DNA of 64,000 nt from a virus: IMG/VR virus record IMGVR_UViG_3300021168_000355, positions 1-64,000 of that record; one strand, 5' to 3'. The notes below the pieces were generated by a model. The model worked only from the letters and a program-made list of their open reading frames with translations. It did no database searches and was not told where the DNA came from. Both the position numbers and the translations under genes were made by a program. This document shows positions 54,981-63,542 of this stretch, piece by piece (the stretch's first letter is position 1; the number at the start of each line of letters is the position of its first letter).

Positions 54981-57647
54981 ATGTCCGCCTATAAGCAAGA
55001 AATGACGCGGCATAGAGGAAGACCAAGGAAACAACAACCACCAAGAGTAATACCTCATGCAATAATGAGATTATACCATCCTGATGGCACTCCTCATGTT
55101 GAGGCATCACCGGGTGAAGAGGCACGTAGATTTGCTAATAGCCTACGCTTGAATTCTGGACCTGCCATTAAAGCGTTAGGCACACTCCTCAACCCTGAAC
55201 CTCCATTCAAGTTTGAACGTATTGATGCCGTAACTGAATTAACCTACAAAGACGGCTCAATTCCGTTTCTTGAAGTTCGTATCCTAAAGCAAAATTCGAC
55301 GGGATTTGTTTCAACCTCTAATCCTAATCTATTGTCATTCCCAGAATCTCCTAATAAAACAAATAAGGAATATAAACACATATACTTCGGAGATAAAATA
55401 TGGCCAACAGATCCAGAAACAGGCAACGAGCGGACTGATCGCAACACCTTTTGCAATACCACCAGTGCCCTCTTTCAAACAGGACTATTTATTCCTTCTA
55501 ATGCTCCGGCGGCGGTGGAATTATTAAAACGCTATCGAAGTGATCTGGATGAATACAATCGACGCCTCACAGCGTTTAAAGCCTCACAATCACCAGATTA
55601 TCAGGGATCAGACACGCCCCCAACATTTCCAGAGCAACAACCTCCAACACCAGTCTTTATATGGACTGAGGGAGATAAATCACGACGAGGTGTAGAATCA
55701 TATATAAATCCAGATGATCCAGCAATCCTCAGCCTTCTTGAAGAATACAATGTGGACATTGTTACTCTAGGCGTATTAGCGGGAGCGCCGGGAGCCGCTA
55801 ATACCAATTACACACTACGACCATACTCCAATGACTTCATTGTCAAAGGAGTAAATGATGAATTTCTGGAATTACCGCTCGCCTTACACATATACGCCCG
55901 CGATAACGATGATGACGGGAGAACAGAAGCAAATATAACCGCACAAGCCCTCGTCAAGCTGGGGGTGCCTGTGGAGCAGGTGCGAATAGCGAATCCACCT
56001 ATTAGTGCGCCTTTGAAATGGGATGATGGGGATCAATTACCTCCTGGCATATCTGCATATGACCGCTTGAAACAAATCCTTGATGCACCAGCAACAATTG
56101 GTCAATATGTTTTTCGTGCGAAAGGCAAGGAACAGGAAGTAGATCCAACTAACCGCAACAATAAGCGATTGGCTATTCAACGTATATCCACAGCCATTTT
56201 TGATGAGACCTCAACTGGTGAACGCCACTTTGTAATCTCTAAAACAGGAGAAACATTATCAGCATCCGATTATATGTATATGGCAGAATTGTGTCTTGAG
56301 GAGATGGGCCATCAACCCACAGATAACCTCCTTCGTGAAGGGGATTGGAAGCCTGTATTCGTTAGTCGATTTCCACATCAAATTGAAACCCGCAATTTTA
56401 TCTATGAAGAGGTAATGCAAACCATTGAGAGAGGGCAATTCGAGCTTGCCTCTGCACCAAATAAAGAGATATACAATCCAGAAACATATCTCCTTGATGG
56501 ATTTGGATTGCCTGACACAATTCGCAATCGCCTTATATCCAGAGTTATCATCCGAGACTTTGTTGCGGTTACATTACGCGCACATTTGGACAAAGGTCCT
56601 GTAATACCTCAAATGTTGCCAATCCTACATGCTGATGAAGGAGTAGGCAAATCGGAGTTCTGTAAAGTTCTAGCTGGGGGAACACCTGGTCCTGAATCCT
56701 TTCATTCACGATACTCCAATAACATTGATATTGGTGATCTTAAATCCTTAGCTGATAGGGGTCAGGCAGCATTTGCTAATAAAGCCAAATGTAAAACCAT
56801 ATTAGAATTCCAAGATAAAGCACTCGGCGATACCATAACAATAGCCCAGAATGGATTATTGAATGATATGGCAAACATGTCTCAGGTACAGTTTCGTGAA
56901 CCTTATAAAGTATATACCTCATTCCCTCGCCAATTCATAATCATCTTTACCACTAATCGTGAGGACTTGATTGGTCATAATATGGGACGGCGGCGGTGGA
57001 TCATTGTTGACCTAAACCAATCAATGAAGGGATTTGCTAAACGAGCGGCAGAATTACGAAAGAGGAAATTAGATCCAAATTCAGAGCCTCTAACATTGGA
57101 AGAGGAACTCATTGCTCAGGGACATAATCCTGGAATCCTTAAGAACTTCCAAAAGAGAGCAGCAACATTAGCCTATATGTATAATTCTGGAGAGTGGAGA
57201 GGAACATTGATAGTTCCCCCAGAGCTAACATCAGATATGGAAGAGGAAAGAGATAAATTCTCCCCAACACAAAATTGGGAATTGGTATTACAGGAAGAAT
57301 TATTGAGAGAACCCCATGATGAAGAAGAGGGAACATTGGCGACAGAGACTAGAATGGTATTATCAACCTCATTATATGCCGCTGTCAAAGAGAGAACAGG
57401 TCGTGAGCCTCCTGATGCGAACTTTGGGAAATTAATGAAAAGCTTAGGATACAAGAACTACAAAATCCACAAGAAGAATGCTCGAGGTTGGTCAAAGGCT
57501 AAAACTGTTGAGGATATCAAAGAGTTCTCCAGATTTAAGCCAGCAGCACATGGGTCAGCAGGTCATTGGTATTTCTGTATTGATCCTCTTGATGTATCAG
57601 GAGCACGGCCACCCCGTCGTCATGTTGACCCAGATGTATTCCAATAG
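54981..57647 (+). CDS. primase (Toprim-like)-VirE/VapE helicase
   Basis: WTEG.K, DND..G, WD..D; Walker A EGVGKS; PRQF....TTN...RRW. Confidence 0.8.
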   Translation: MSAYKQEMTRHRGRPRKQQPPRVIPHAIMRLYHPDGTPHVEASPGEEARRFANSLRLNSGPAIKALGTLLNPEPPFKFERIDAVTELTYKDGSIPFLEVRILKQNSTGFVSTSNPNLLSFPESPNKTNKEYKHIYFGDKIWPTDPETGNERTDRNTFCNTTSALFQTGLFIPSNAPAAVELLKRYRSDLDEYNRRLTAFKASQSPDYQGSDTPPTFPEQQPPTPVFIWTEGDKSRRGVESYINPDDPAILSLLEEYNVDIVTLGVLAGAPGAANTNYTLRPYSNDFIVKGVNDEFLELPLALHIYARDNDDDGRTEANITAQALVKLGVPVEQVRIANPPISAPLKWDDGDQLPPGISAYDRLKQILDAPATIGQYVFRAKGKEQEVDPTNRNNKRLAIQRISTAIFDETSTGERHFVISKTGETLSASDYMYMAELCLEEMGHQPTDNLLREGDWKPVFVSRFPHQIETRNFIYEEVMQTIERGQFELASAPNKEIYNPETYLLDGFGLPDTIRNRLISRVIIRDFVAVTLRAHLDKGPVIPQMLPILHADEGVGKSEFCKVLAGGTPGPESFHSRYSNNIDIGDLKSLADRGQAAFANKAKCKTILEFQDKALGDTITIAQNGLLNDMANMSQVQFREPYKVYTSFPRQFIIIFTTNREDLIGHNMGRRRWIIVDLNQSMKGFAKRAAELRKRKLDPNSEPLTLEEELIAQGHNPGILKNFQKRAATLAYMYNSGEWRGTLIVPPELTSDMEEERDKFSPTQNWELVLQEELLREPHDEEEGTLATETRMVLSTSLYAAVKERTGREPPDANFGKLMKSLGYKNYKIHKKNARGWSKAKTVEDIKEFSRFKPAAHGSAGHWYFCIDPLDVSGARPPRRHVDPDVFQ

Positions 57648-57657
57648 GGAGATAGAC

Positions 57658-57975
57658 ATGAGAGCACCTATACCTGTAGCCTATGTCACATCTGCTCCAT
57701 CTAATTGGTATAAACTTACTTTTGATGGATCAGGATACAATAAAGAACCAATATTAGCTTTTGCCATTACTGCTGAGGGGTATGCAGCACCTATAGTACC
57801 TTTTCAAACTGGTATACTAGATGATGATTATACCTTATTATATCCTGACGGGAGAGTTGATGATAGTTTTCGGATATATGATAATGTGGATGAATGGTTC
57901 GCAACAATGGTAATATCGCGTGAGGCAGAAATCCATTCTATCGCAACCAATATGGTAAAACATTCCAATGAATGA
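57658..57975 (+). CDS. hypothetical protein
   Basis: GGGAG RBS; EPI.A.A...P....PDG.V. Confidence 0.6.
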   Translation: MRAPIPVAYVTSAPSNWYKLTFDGSGYNKEPILAFAITAEGYAAPIVPFQTGILDDDYTLLYPDGRVDDSFRIYDNVDEWFATMVISREAEIHSIATNMVKHSNE

Positions 57976-58156
57976 TAAATCCCGTCTGCCACACATACAA
58001 CTTCAGCGTGCGTATTGGGAAATTCGGAAAAACAGGACAACACACAGGCATGTGCTGATGGGTTGTACTTCCAAATTCTCCTCTATCAAAAGAATAGGAC
58101 CATGGCGTCCAGCTGAGATAAATGAATGGTTTGGCGATACAAAGAAACCGGTGTGA
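57968..58156 (+). CDS. small hypothetical protein
   Basis: Fills the operon gap. Confidence 0.45.
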   Translation: MNDKSRLPHIQLQRAYWEIRKNRTTHRHVLMGCTSKFSSIKRIGPWRPAEINEWFGDTKKPV

Positions 58157-58157
58157 C

Positions 58158-58532
58158 ATGGCTGAGATCCTTCCATTATCAAATGGCAATTTAGCTAAAG
58201 CCACTCTCGCAGCACAGGAATGGCTAACTGAGACCTTTGCTGTGTTTCGTCCACCACCATCTCCTGATTACCCTGATCCTATGCCTTTGCAACTTGGCAT
58301 ATACGAACTCATCCTCTCTGTTGCGCCAGAAAATATATCCCCTGCTGGGGTGAAGAACTTCCTTATCCAATATACGACTAGGCCTGAATATTATCAAATG
58401 GTACTGGAATCGTCACGACGATTTGACCTCAACGCATTGCCTTTAATGCTTATCACAGATGAGGAACGAGAATATGCGAGACGATGCCTATATCCTAATG
58501 AATTTCAGGAAATACCAGACGATCAAGCTTGA
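58158..58532 (+). CDS. ProQ/FinO-domain RNA chaperone
   Basis: WL.E.F..F...P.PLQLGI...L..YT.R.EY......RFDLN..P...IT.EE.EYA. Confidence 0.75.
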   Translation: MAEILPLSNGNLAKATLAAQEWLTETFAVFRPPPSPDYPDPMPLQLGIYELILSVAPENISPAGVKNFLIQYTTRPEYYQMVLESSRRFDLNALPLMLITDEEREYARRCLYPNEFQEIPDDQA

Positions 58533-58557
58533 CAGGAATCTCAATCTATGCTAGAGT
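58529..58557 (+). promoter_or_regulatory. sigma70-type promoter
   Basis: TTGACA-N17-TAGAGT. Confidence 0.75.
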
Positions 58558-58564
58558 ACCTCAC

Positions 58565-59299
58565 ATGAATAACAAAATCCAGATCACCTCAGGGAAATAC
58601 AATGCTGCAACTGGACTCTACGAGAAGAACCCTTTTGCCGAAGCACCACCAGAGGCTGATGCTTTTGTTCCTGATTACCAATCGGAACGAGAACCTACAG
58701 TGGATCCAAGCGTGTTCGAGGAGGTGGCACCGCCAAGCGACCCGCCTCCTGAGACAGATAACAAAACCCCAATCGACCTCAAATATGTCCAAGACAAGGC
58801 TAAACGATTGGTTGCAATCGAAGACCGATTAGAGGAAATCGCTGCTGAGGAGAAAGTCCTCAAGGAAGAACAAAGGCAGATACGCATCTTCCAGCTTCCA
58901 GAAGCCATGTTTGAATTGGATATTAAGCCACCCGTCATTGGTGTTGGCAATCGATTAGTGGAGGTTGTGCCGCTTGTGACTGCTTCACTTCCAGCTAAGG
59001 AAGATCCAGATAAGCGTCAGAAAGCCATCAATGCGGTCATCGATCTGGGACTGGGTGGCAATGTTCGGCGCGCCTTAGAGATAGACTTTCCCAACGATGC
59101 AATAGTGGAACACAAAATCTTGGATGCGATTAGTGCTATTGACAAAGACCTCAAGCCTCGCATCAGTGCCACTATTCACCACGCGACCTATACCTCGATG
59201 ATTAGCAAGTTAATAGCCGCGGGAAAGGCCATCGACCGCGACCTGCTGGGGGTATGGGTTGGCAACATCGCAAGAGTTAAAAAGGTTAAGAATGATTAA
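58565..59299 (+). CDS. conserved phage replication-module coiled-coil protein
   Basis: Coiled coil + LPEAM.E + IHH.TY; usually adjacent to SSB/PolA. Confidence 0.6.
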   Translation: MNNKIQITSGKYNAATGLYEKNPFAEAPPEADAFVPDYQSEREPTVDPSVFEEVAPPSDPPPETDNKTPIDLKYVQDKAKRLVAIEDRLEEIAAEEKVLKEEQRQIRIFQLPEAMFELDIKPPVIGVGNRLVEVVPLVTASLPAKEDPDKRQKAINAVIDLGLGGNVRRALEIDFPNDAIVEHKILDAISAIDKDLKPRISATIHHATYTSMISKLIAAGKAIDRDLLGVWVGNIARVKKVKND

Positions 59300-59415
59300 C
59301 TGGCGCGATCCAGCACAGAGACTGGGTACAATGGTCTTTCCTAGCAGGCTAATACTTAAGGAGTGGGCATGGGACACTCCCGGGAGCGCGCCATCTAACA
59401 AGAGGAGGAGAGATA

Positions 59416-59607
59416 ATGGCAAATCTTGATTTGGGCAATGATAATGTGTTTGAGGAAGCTTTAACCGTTGACGAAATCCGAGACGAGGACCCGGAGAAAA
59501 TGGATGCTCTCACGATCAAACTCCACGAATGGTTGGACAATGCTCAGGCTCCTGTGTTCACTGGTGATCACCGCGTTACCTACTTGGTTATTGAGATCAC
59601 CAAGTGA
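59416..59607 (+). CDS. hypothetical protein
   Basis: GGAGG RBS. Confidence 0.6.
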   Translation: MANLDLGNDNVFEEALTVDEIRDEDPEKMDALTIKLHEWLDNAQAPVFTGDHRVTYLVIEITK

Positions 59608-59812
59608 GGTCGCAGAGGGCTGGTTTATATATCGACGTGGACGTTGGCGCCTACAAAGAATCATGCGCGATCAGGTGCGATGGGACAAAGCGCATCATAT
59701 TCCCGTTTATAAATGGTCAGTCACATTTACGAATGGGGCAGATGTCCGATCTGGAATGAGTAAATGGCTTTGGCTCGCAATATGGCGAGCACGTTGGGGA
59801 ATAACCAGATGA
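59468..59812 (+). CDS. hypothetical Trp-rich protein (start uncertain)
   Basis: 3' part fills the gap; stop overlaps the next ATG. Confidence 0.35.
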   Translation: MTKSETRTRRKWMLSRSNSTNGWTMLRLLCSLVITALPTWLLRSPSEVAEGWFIYRRGRWRLQRIMRDQVRWDKAHHIPVYKWSVTFTNGADVRSGMSKWLWLAIWRARWGITR

Positions 59813-60375
59813 AGCGTGAGTGTGGTGAGTGCCAATTGTGCTGCAAACTATTACCTGTTGTCTCGCTCAATAAGGTAGCAAACCAGAAATGTGAATTCCA
59901 AAAGTTTCATAAAGGATGTACGGTATATCGTACCAAGAAAATGCCAATCGAATGTCATGTGTGGTCGTGTCGCTGGATTACAAGCCAGTTACCCGACAAC
60001 ATGGCTCGACCTGATCGTGTCCATTTCGTTGTGGATACTATGCCCGACAACATCGTTATCCAAGACCATGAAGCCGATACATCACATGCAATGGAATGCA
60101 TTGTTGTTTGGTGTGATCCAAAGCATCCCCTCGCCTATCGTAATCCAGACTTATACAATTGGGTTGCCGAACAAAACAAAGTCCTAATGGTACGAATGAA
60201 CTCGCGGGATTCCATCATCGTGTTTCCCCCAGCACTCAATTCGACGCATGAATGGGCGGAGGTTACTACCGAAGCCTCAGAACGTGATGTGGTAACAAAG
60301 GCAGTTGAGGATGCAATCAGAGAGGGATACGAACAAAGAAACGGGCCCGTCCAATTCAACCTTGCAGCACGATGA
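59809..60375 (+). CDS. YkgJ-like CxxCxxCC metal-binding protein
   Basis: CGECQLCCK...C...GC.VY...P..C..W.C.W, RPD. Confidence 0.75.
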   Translation: MKRECGECQLCCKLLPVVSLNKVANQKCEFQKFHKGCTVYRTKKMPIECHVWSCRWITSQLPDNMARPDRVHFVVDTMPDNIVIQDHEADTSHAMECIVVWCDPKHPLAYRNPDLYNWVAEQNKVLMVRMNSRDSIIVFPPALNSTHEWAEVTTEASERDVVTKAVEDAIREGYEQRNGPVQFNLAAR

Positions 60376-60604
60376 CCACATATGGCTGACTGTTGGGGGA
60401 CGAGCGTGGGCTATCTATGCCAAAGATGGTGACCTCATAACTCTATGGCGGGGATACTATCCTTGGCTTGAATGGTCTTTCTTAGATATATCCAATGTTA
60501 ATTGGGAATCATATCACGAAAAGGCATTGGCACTTCTATATCCTCCTTTGGAGGCATTAAAGCAACCGTCGCCTCAGGTTACGCAAGGAGTTAACAATGA
60601 CTGA
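60305..60604 (+). CDS. hypothetical protein (start uncertain)
   Basis: Fills the gap before SSB. Confidence 0.35.
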   Translation: MRMQSERDTNKETGPSNSTLQHDDHIWLTVGGRAWAIYAKDGDLITLWRGYYPWLEWSFLDISNVNWESYHEKALALLYPPLEALKQPSPQVTQGVNND

Positions 60605-61568
60605 TACCCAGACTTCGCCTGCTGCCGCGCCTACAAACTCTCCTGTCGTTGAAATGCCATCCACTGAAACAGCGGGAGCTATGTCCGTTGTCGATGACCT
60701 CGACTTGAGAGGAGATGCTGGTTCTGGTTTCGAGGATGTTCGGTCTACTGATTTGGTGCTTCCCTTTTGGAAGCTCCTTCAGAGTGCGGGAAACGAAACC
60801 AAAAAGAGCGAACCGGAATACATCAAGGGAGCCACGGAAGGGATGTGGCTTGACACTGTTACTAAGCGCCTGTACCGTGATATCATTGTTGTTCCTTGTA
60901 AGATGGTGACCCACTATATCGAATGGCGTAAGCGTAACGAAGGCGGCGGTCTGATCAAGAACCACGGCACCGATCGAGCTATTCTCGACCAAACCCATCG
61001 TGACGAAAAGACAGGTAAGGATACGTTGCCAAACGGCCATGAGGTCATCACAACCGCTACATGGTTTTGTCTTGTGATTGGAGGAAAGGAGATCAACACC
61101 GCGGTAACCGATGATCCCGGCACCGAGATTGAATTGCTGACCAGAGCAGTAATCACATTCCAATCAACCGCTTTGAAAGCGTCTCGGGGATGGGTATCGT
61201 TGGCCCAAGCGTTGAAGTTACGGGATCCAAAAACCAATCAACAGTACCAACCGCCGATGTTCGCCATGACGTACATGCTGGGGGTCGTGGGTACCCGCAA
61301 CGATGCTGGCAGCTGGGTTTTGCCAGTTGTCAAGCAAGCTGGATGGACGACTGACTATCCCAATGCCCAAGCATTGATTAAGGAGGCTCGCGAATATACC
61401 AAACTTGCCAATGAACTGCACCTGATGGTCATCACGCCTCAAGGCAGCGGTGATGAGGATCGCCCCCAGCGGGATGCGAAGGCGGGTCGGTATGAGGATG
61501 ATCGGCGTCGTCAGCCTCAGCCTGCAGGTGGTCGGAATCCAGGAGAGGATGACGATATTCCTTTCTGA
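60597..61568 (+). CDS. phage single-stranded DNA-binding protein
   Basis: GFE.....DL..P..KLLQ, YIEW, acidic C-terminal tip DDDIPF. Confidence 0.75.
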   Translation: MTDTQTSPAAAPTNSPVVEMPSTETAGAMSVVDDLDLRGDAGSGFEDVRSTDLVLPFWKLLQSAGNETKKSEPEYIKGATEGMWLDTVTKRLYRDIIVVPCKMVTHYIEWRKRNEGGGLIKNHGTDRAILDQTHRDEKTGKDTLPNGHEVITTATWFCLVIGGKEINTAVTDDPGTEIELLTRAVITFQSTALKASRGWVSLAQALKLRDPKTNQQYQPPMFAMTYMLGVVGTRNDAGSWVLPVVKQAGWTTDYPNAQALIKEAREYTKLANELHLMVITPQGSGDEDRPQRDAKAGRYEDDRRRQPQPAGGRNPGEDDDIPF

Positions 61569-61577
61569 AATCCCAAC

Positions 61578-61606
61578 TTGACAGGCTAGGTTCCTTATGC
61601 TATGAT
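61578..61606 (+). promoter_or_regulatory. sigma70-type promoter
   Basis: TTGACA-N17-TATGAT. Confidence 0.8.
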
Positions 61607-61612
61607 GTAAAT

Positions 61613-61700
61613 ACTCCAGCCTCATCATTTCTTGCCCCCAAGCCCTGGTGGGGCTGGAGCTATCGCGAGACTGCCGGAGTTTATATAGCTCCGGCCTTTT
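61613..61700 (+). ncRNA. candidate ~90-nt sRNA
   Basis: Own promoter; 14-bp 5' stem with CCCC loop; terminator hairpin plus U run; no ORF. Confidence 0.6.
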
Positions 61701-61717
61701 GCCTGAGGAGGCCCAAC

Positions 61718-61933
61718 ATGTATGATGAAGCAGTGGCGAGTGCGGGTGGCGTTGCGGTTGATCCTATTGTTGAGAAGCCCAAATCAAGGGCGGAGAAGGT
61801 CCAGGCCTGGAAAGATGCGAACCACGCCACATATGAAGTGGCGCGTCAGGCCTGCTGCACCTGCACGCCGACTCGTGCCCAGATGCTGCTAGTCCAGCAG
61901 TATGAGGGGGACGTGTCTCCTCCAGTTGATTGA
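61718..61933 (+). CDS. hypothetical protein
   Basis: GAGGAGG RBS. Confidence 0.6.
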   Translation: MYDEAVASAGGVAVDPIVEKPKSRAEKVQAWKDANHATYEVARQACCTCTPTRAQMLLVQQYEGDVSPPVD

Positions 61934-61980
61934 TTAAAGGTGGGCGAGAGCAATCTCGCCCATTTTTTATGGAGTGTGAT

Positions 61981-62226
61981 ATGCCTAAAAATACTGGACC
62001 ATTTGGACCAACCGGCGACTATCCACATGGTAAGCTCGATAAGACGGATGAGGGTGGGCTTGTGATGGGCGTTACTGCCCACCAAGATAATGTCCGAGTT
62101 GACTTTGGTAAACCGGTAGCATGGTTCGCTGTCCCACCAGAACAGGCTCTGGCTCTTGCATCCTTGATCGTTAAACACGCGATGGCGATTAAGGCAAAGC
62201 AGAATAGGAATTTCGAGGACTCTTAA
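61981..62226 (+). CDS. conserved phage hypothetical protein
   Basis: G.TG.YP.GKL...DEG.L......V.VDFGKPV.W...P.QA..LA. Confidence 0.7.
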   Translation: MPKNTGPFGPTGDYPHGKLDKTDEGGLVMGVTAHQDNVRVDFGKPVAWFAVPPEQALALASLIVKHAMAIKAKQNRNFEDS

Positions 62227-62237
62227 GGAGAAGTAAA

Positions 62238-62666
62238 ATGGTAAATGATCGATGGGATAGGTTGCTTGCTTTGGCTGAACGTCATTCAGCCATGATAGAA
62301 ATGTTGGTTCAGGAGTTAAAGAAACCTGAGGAAATAGCCCCAAATTTCGGTATAGGTGTTGCTGAACATAATGAGTCCTTATCTTATCGGCTCTTAGATA
62401 GGATAGAAGCCAATACATTTATCCAAAATAAATGTATGCAAGCAGGATATGAAGATTTAGGTGAAAATTTCCTAGCACGCATGGCTTCTCGAAAAATAGG
62501 TCCTCCATTTGAAAAGCATGGAGGAAAGACTTGGTATGATCCTTATAAAATAGAGGAATGGATAAGTAGTCCTGAAGGAAAGAGAGATATATTGGTGAGA
62601 GGGAGAAGGAAACTCTTAACACGAGTTAATTCCACAATGTCTAAGTCACTTAGGATTGTTGAATAA
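62238..62666 (+). CDS. excisionase/AlpA-like HTH protein 2
   Basis: L.R.EA..F......LA.MA...GPPF.K.G...WY....IEEW; AAGGAG RBS. Confidence 0.6.
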   Translation: MVNDRWDRLLALAERHSAMIEMLVQELKKPEEIAPNFGIGVAEHNESLSYRLLDRIEANTFIQNKCMQAGYEDLGENFLARMASRKIGPPFEKHGGKTWYDPYKIEEWISSPEGKRDILVRGRRKLLTRVNSTMSKSLRIVE

Positions 62667-62675
62667 CTTTTTAGG

Positions 62676-62717
62676 AATGTATGTATTTCCGTAGTCAACT
62701 ACGGAAATACATACATT
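62676..62717. repeat. perfect 19-bp inverted repeat
   Basis: AATGTATGTATTTCCGTAG-TCAA-CTACGGAAATACATACATT. Confidence 0.9.
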
Positions 62718-62733
62718 GTGGTAAGGTGAAATA

Positions 62734-63414
62734 ATGAATGAACAAGAAATAGTACGCACCGATGAACAATGGAGAACATATATCCATGAAGCCTCTATAA
62801 TGGAACTTGATGCCATCATAGAGAAAGGAAGAAGAATTTCGGAGTTCCATGATAATTATCGCCGAAGAAAAGCCAAGTATGGAGGACAAGGTAAAACATG
62901 GGATGATGAATGTAATAGGGTTATTGGTATAAATGAAAAAATGTGTGGTCAATATGAAAATATTTACCAGGGTTTTCACTCTAAATTACCTAGTGAATTA
63001 CGGGATCAATTGCCTATTAATATTTATTCCTTAAACTTTATTGCCCGAACACATGAACTAAACCCAGATTTTTTATTAAAAGCTCCTGTAAAAAATTTTA
63101 TTTCGCCTGATATGAAGGAAGAAACAGCTAAGGAACTTTACCAACAGGCTAAGGTATTTGTTGTCGAAAATGTTACGGAAATGGTTAAGGAGGAATGGAC
63201 AAACGAGCAAATACAAAAGGAATTTCCTATTATAAAATCAGAGGAAATAGAGGAGATACGAAATCCTGTAGAGATAATGACACCTTTTGATATTATTAGG
63301 AATGATATTGATGAACTGGAATTAAAGAAAGAGGTATTGGAAATAATGGTAAAATGGCATAAGGAATTCGGAGCAACCAAGATGATGGATGCAATAAAAC
63401 GACTCCTTAAATAG
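62734..63414 (+). CDS. DUF3102-like protein, paralog 2
   Basis: RTDEQWRTYIHEASIMELDAIIEKGRRISEFH matches 7434. Confidence 0.65.
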   Translation: MNEQEIVRTDEQWRTYIHEASIMELDAIIEKGRRISEFHDNYRRRKAKYGGQGKTWDDECNRVIGINEKMCGQYENIYQGFHSKLPSELRDQLPINIYSLNFIARTHELNPDFLLKAPVKNFISPDMKEETAKELYQQAKVFVVENVTEMVKEEWTNEQIQKEFPIIKSEEIEEIRNPVEIMTPFDIIRNDIDELELKKEVLEIMVKWHKEFGATKMMDAIKRLLK

Positions 63415-63422
63415 GAATTAGA

Positions 63423-63503
63423 TTTTAGTGCTACTAAAACAGGGATTTTAGTATACTAACATATAGCCATAATCCCTGTTTTGCATTTTAGTATACTAAA
63501 AAC
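63423..63503. repeat. triple operator palindrome cluster
   Basis: TTTTAGTGCTACTAAAA, TTTTAGTATACTAA and TTTTAGTATACTAAAA with an ACAGGGAT/ATCCCTGT inverted repeat. Confidence 0.75.
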
Positions 63504-63508
63504 CTTGC

Positions 63509-63537
63509 TTGAACAGGGAGGTTTTTCACGCTATCGT
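63509..63537 (+). promoter_or_regulatory. promoter (leaderless start)
   Basis: TTGAAC-N17-TATCGT; ATG at 63543. Confidence 0.55.
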
Positions 63538-63542
63538 ACTAC

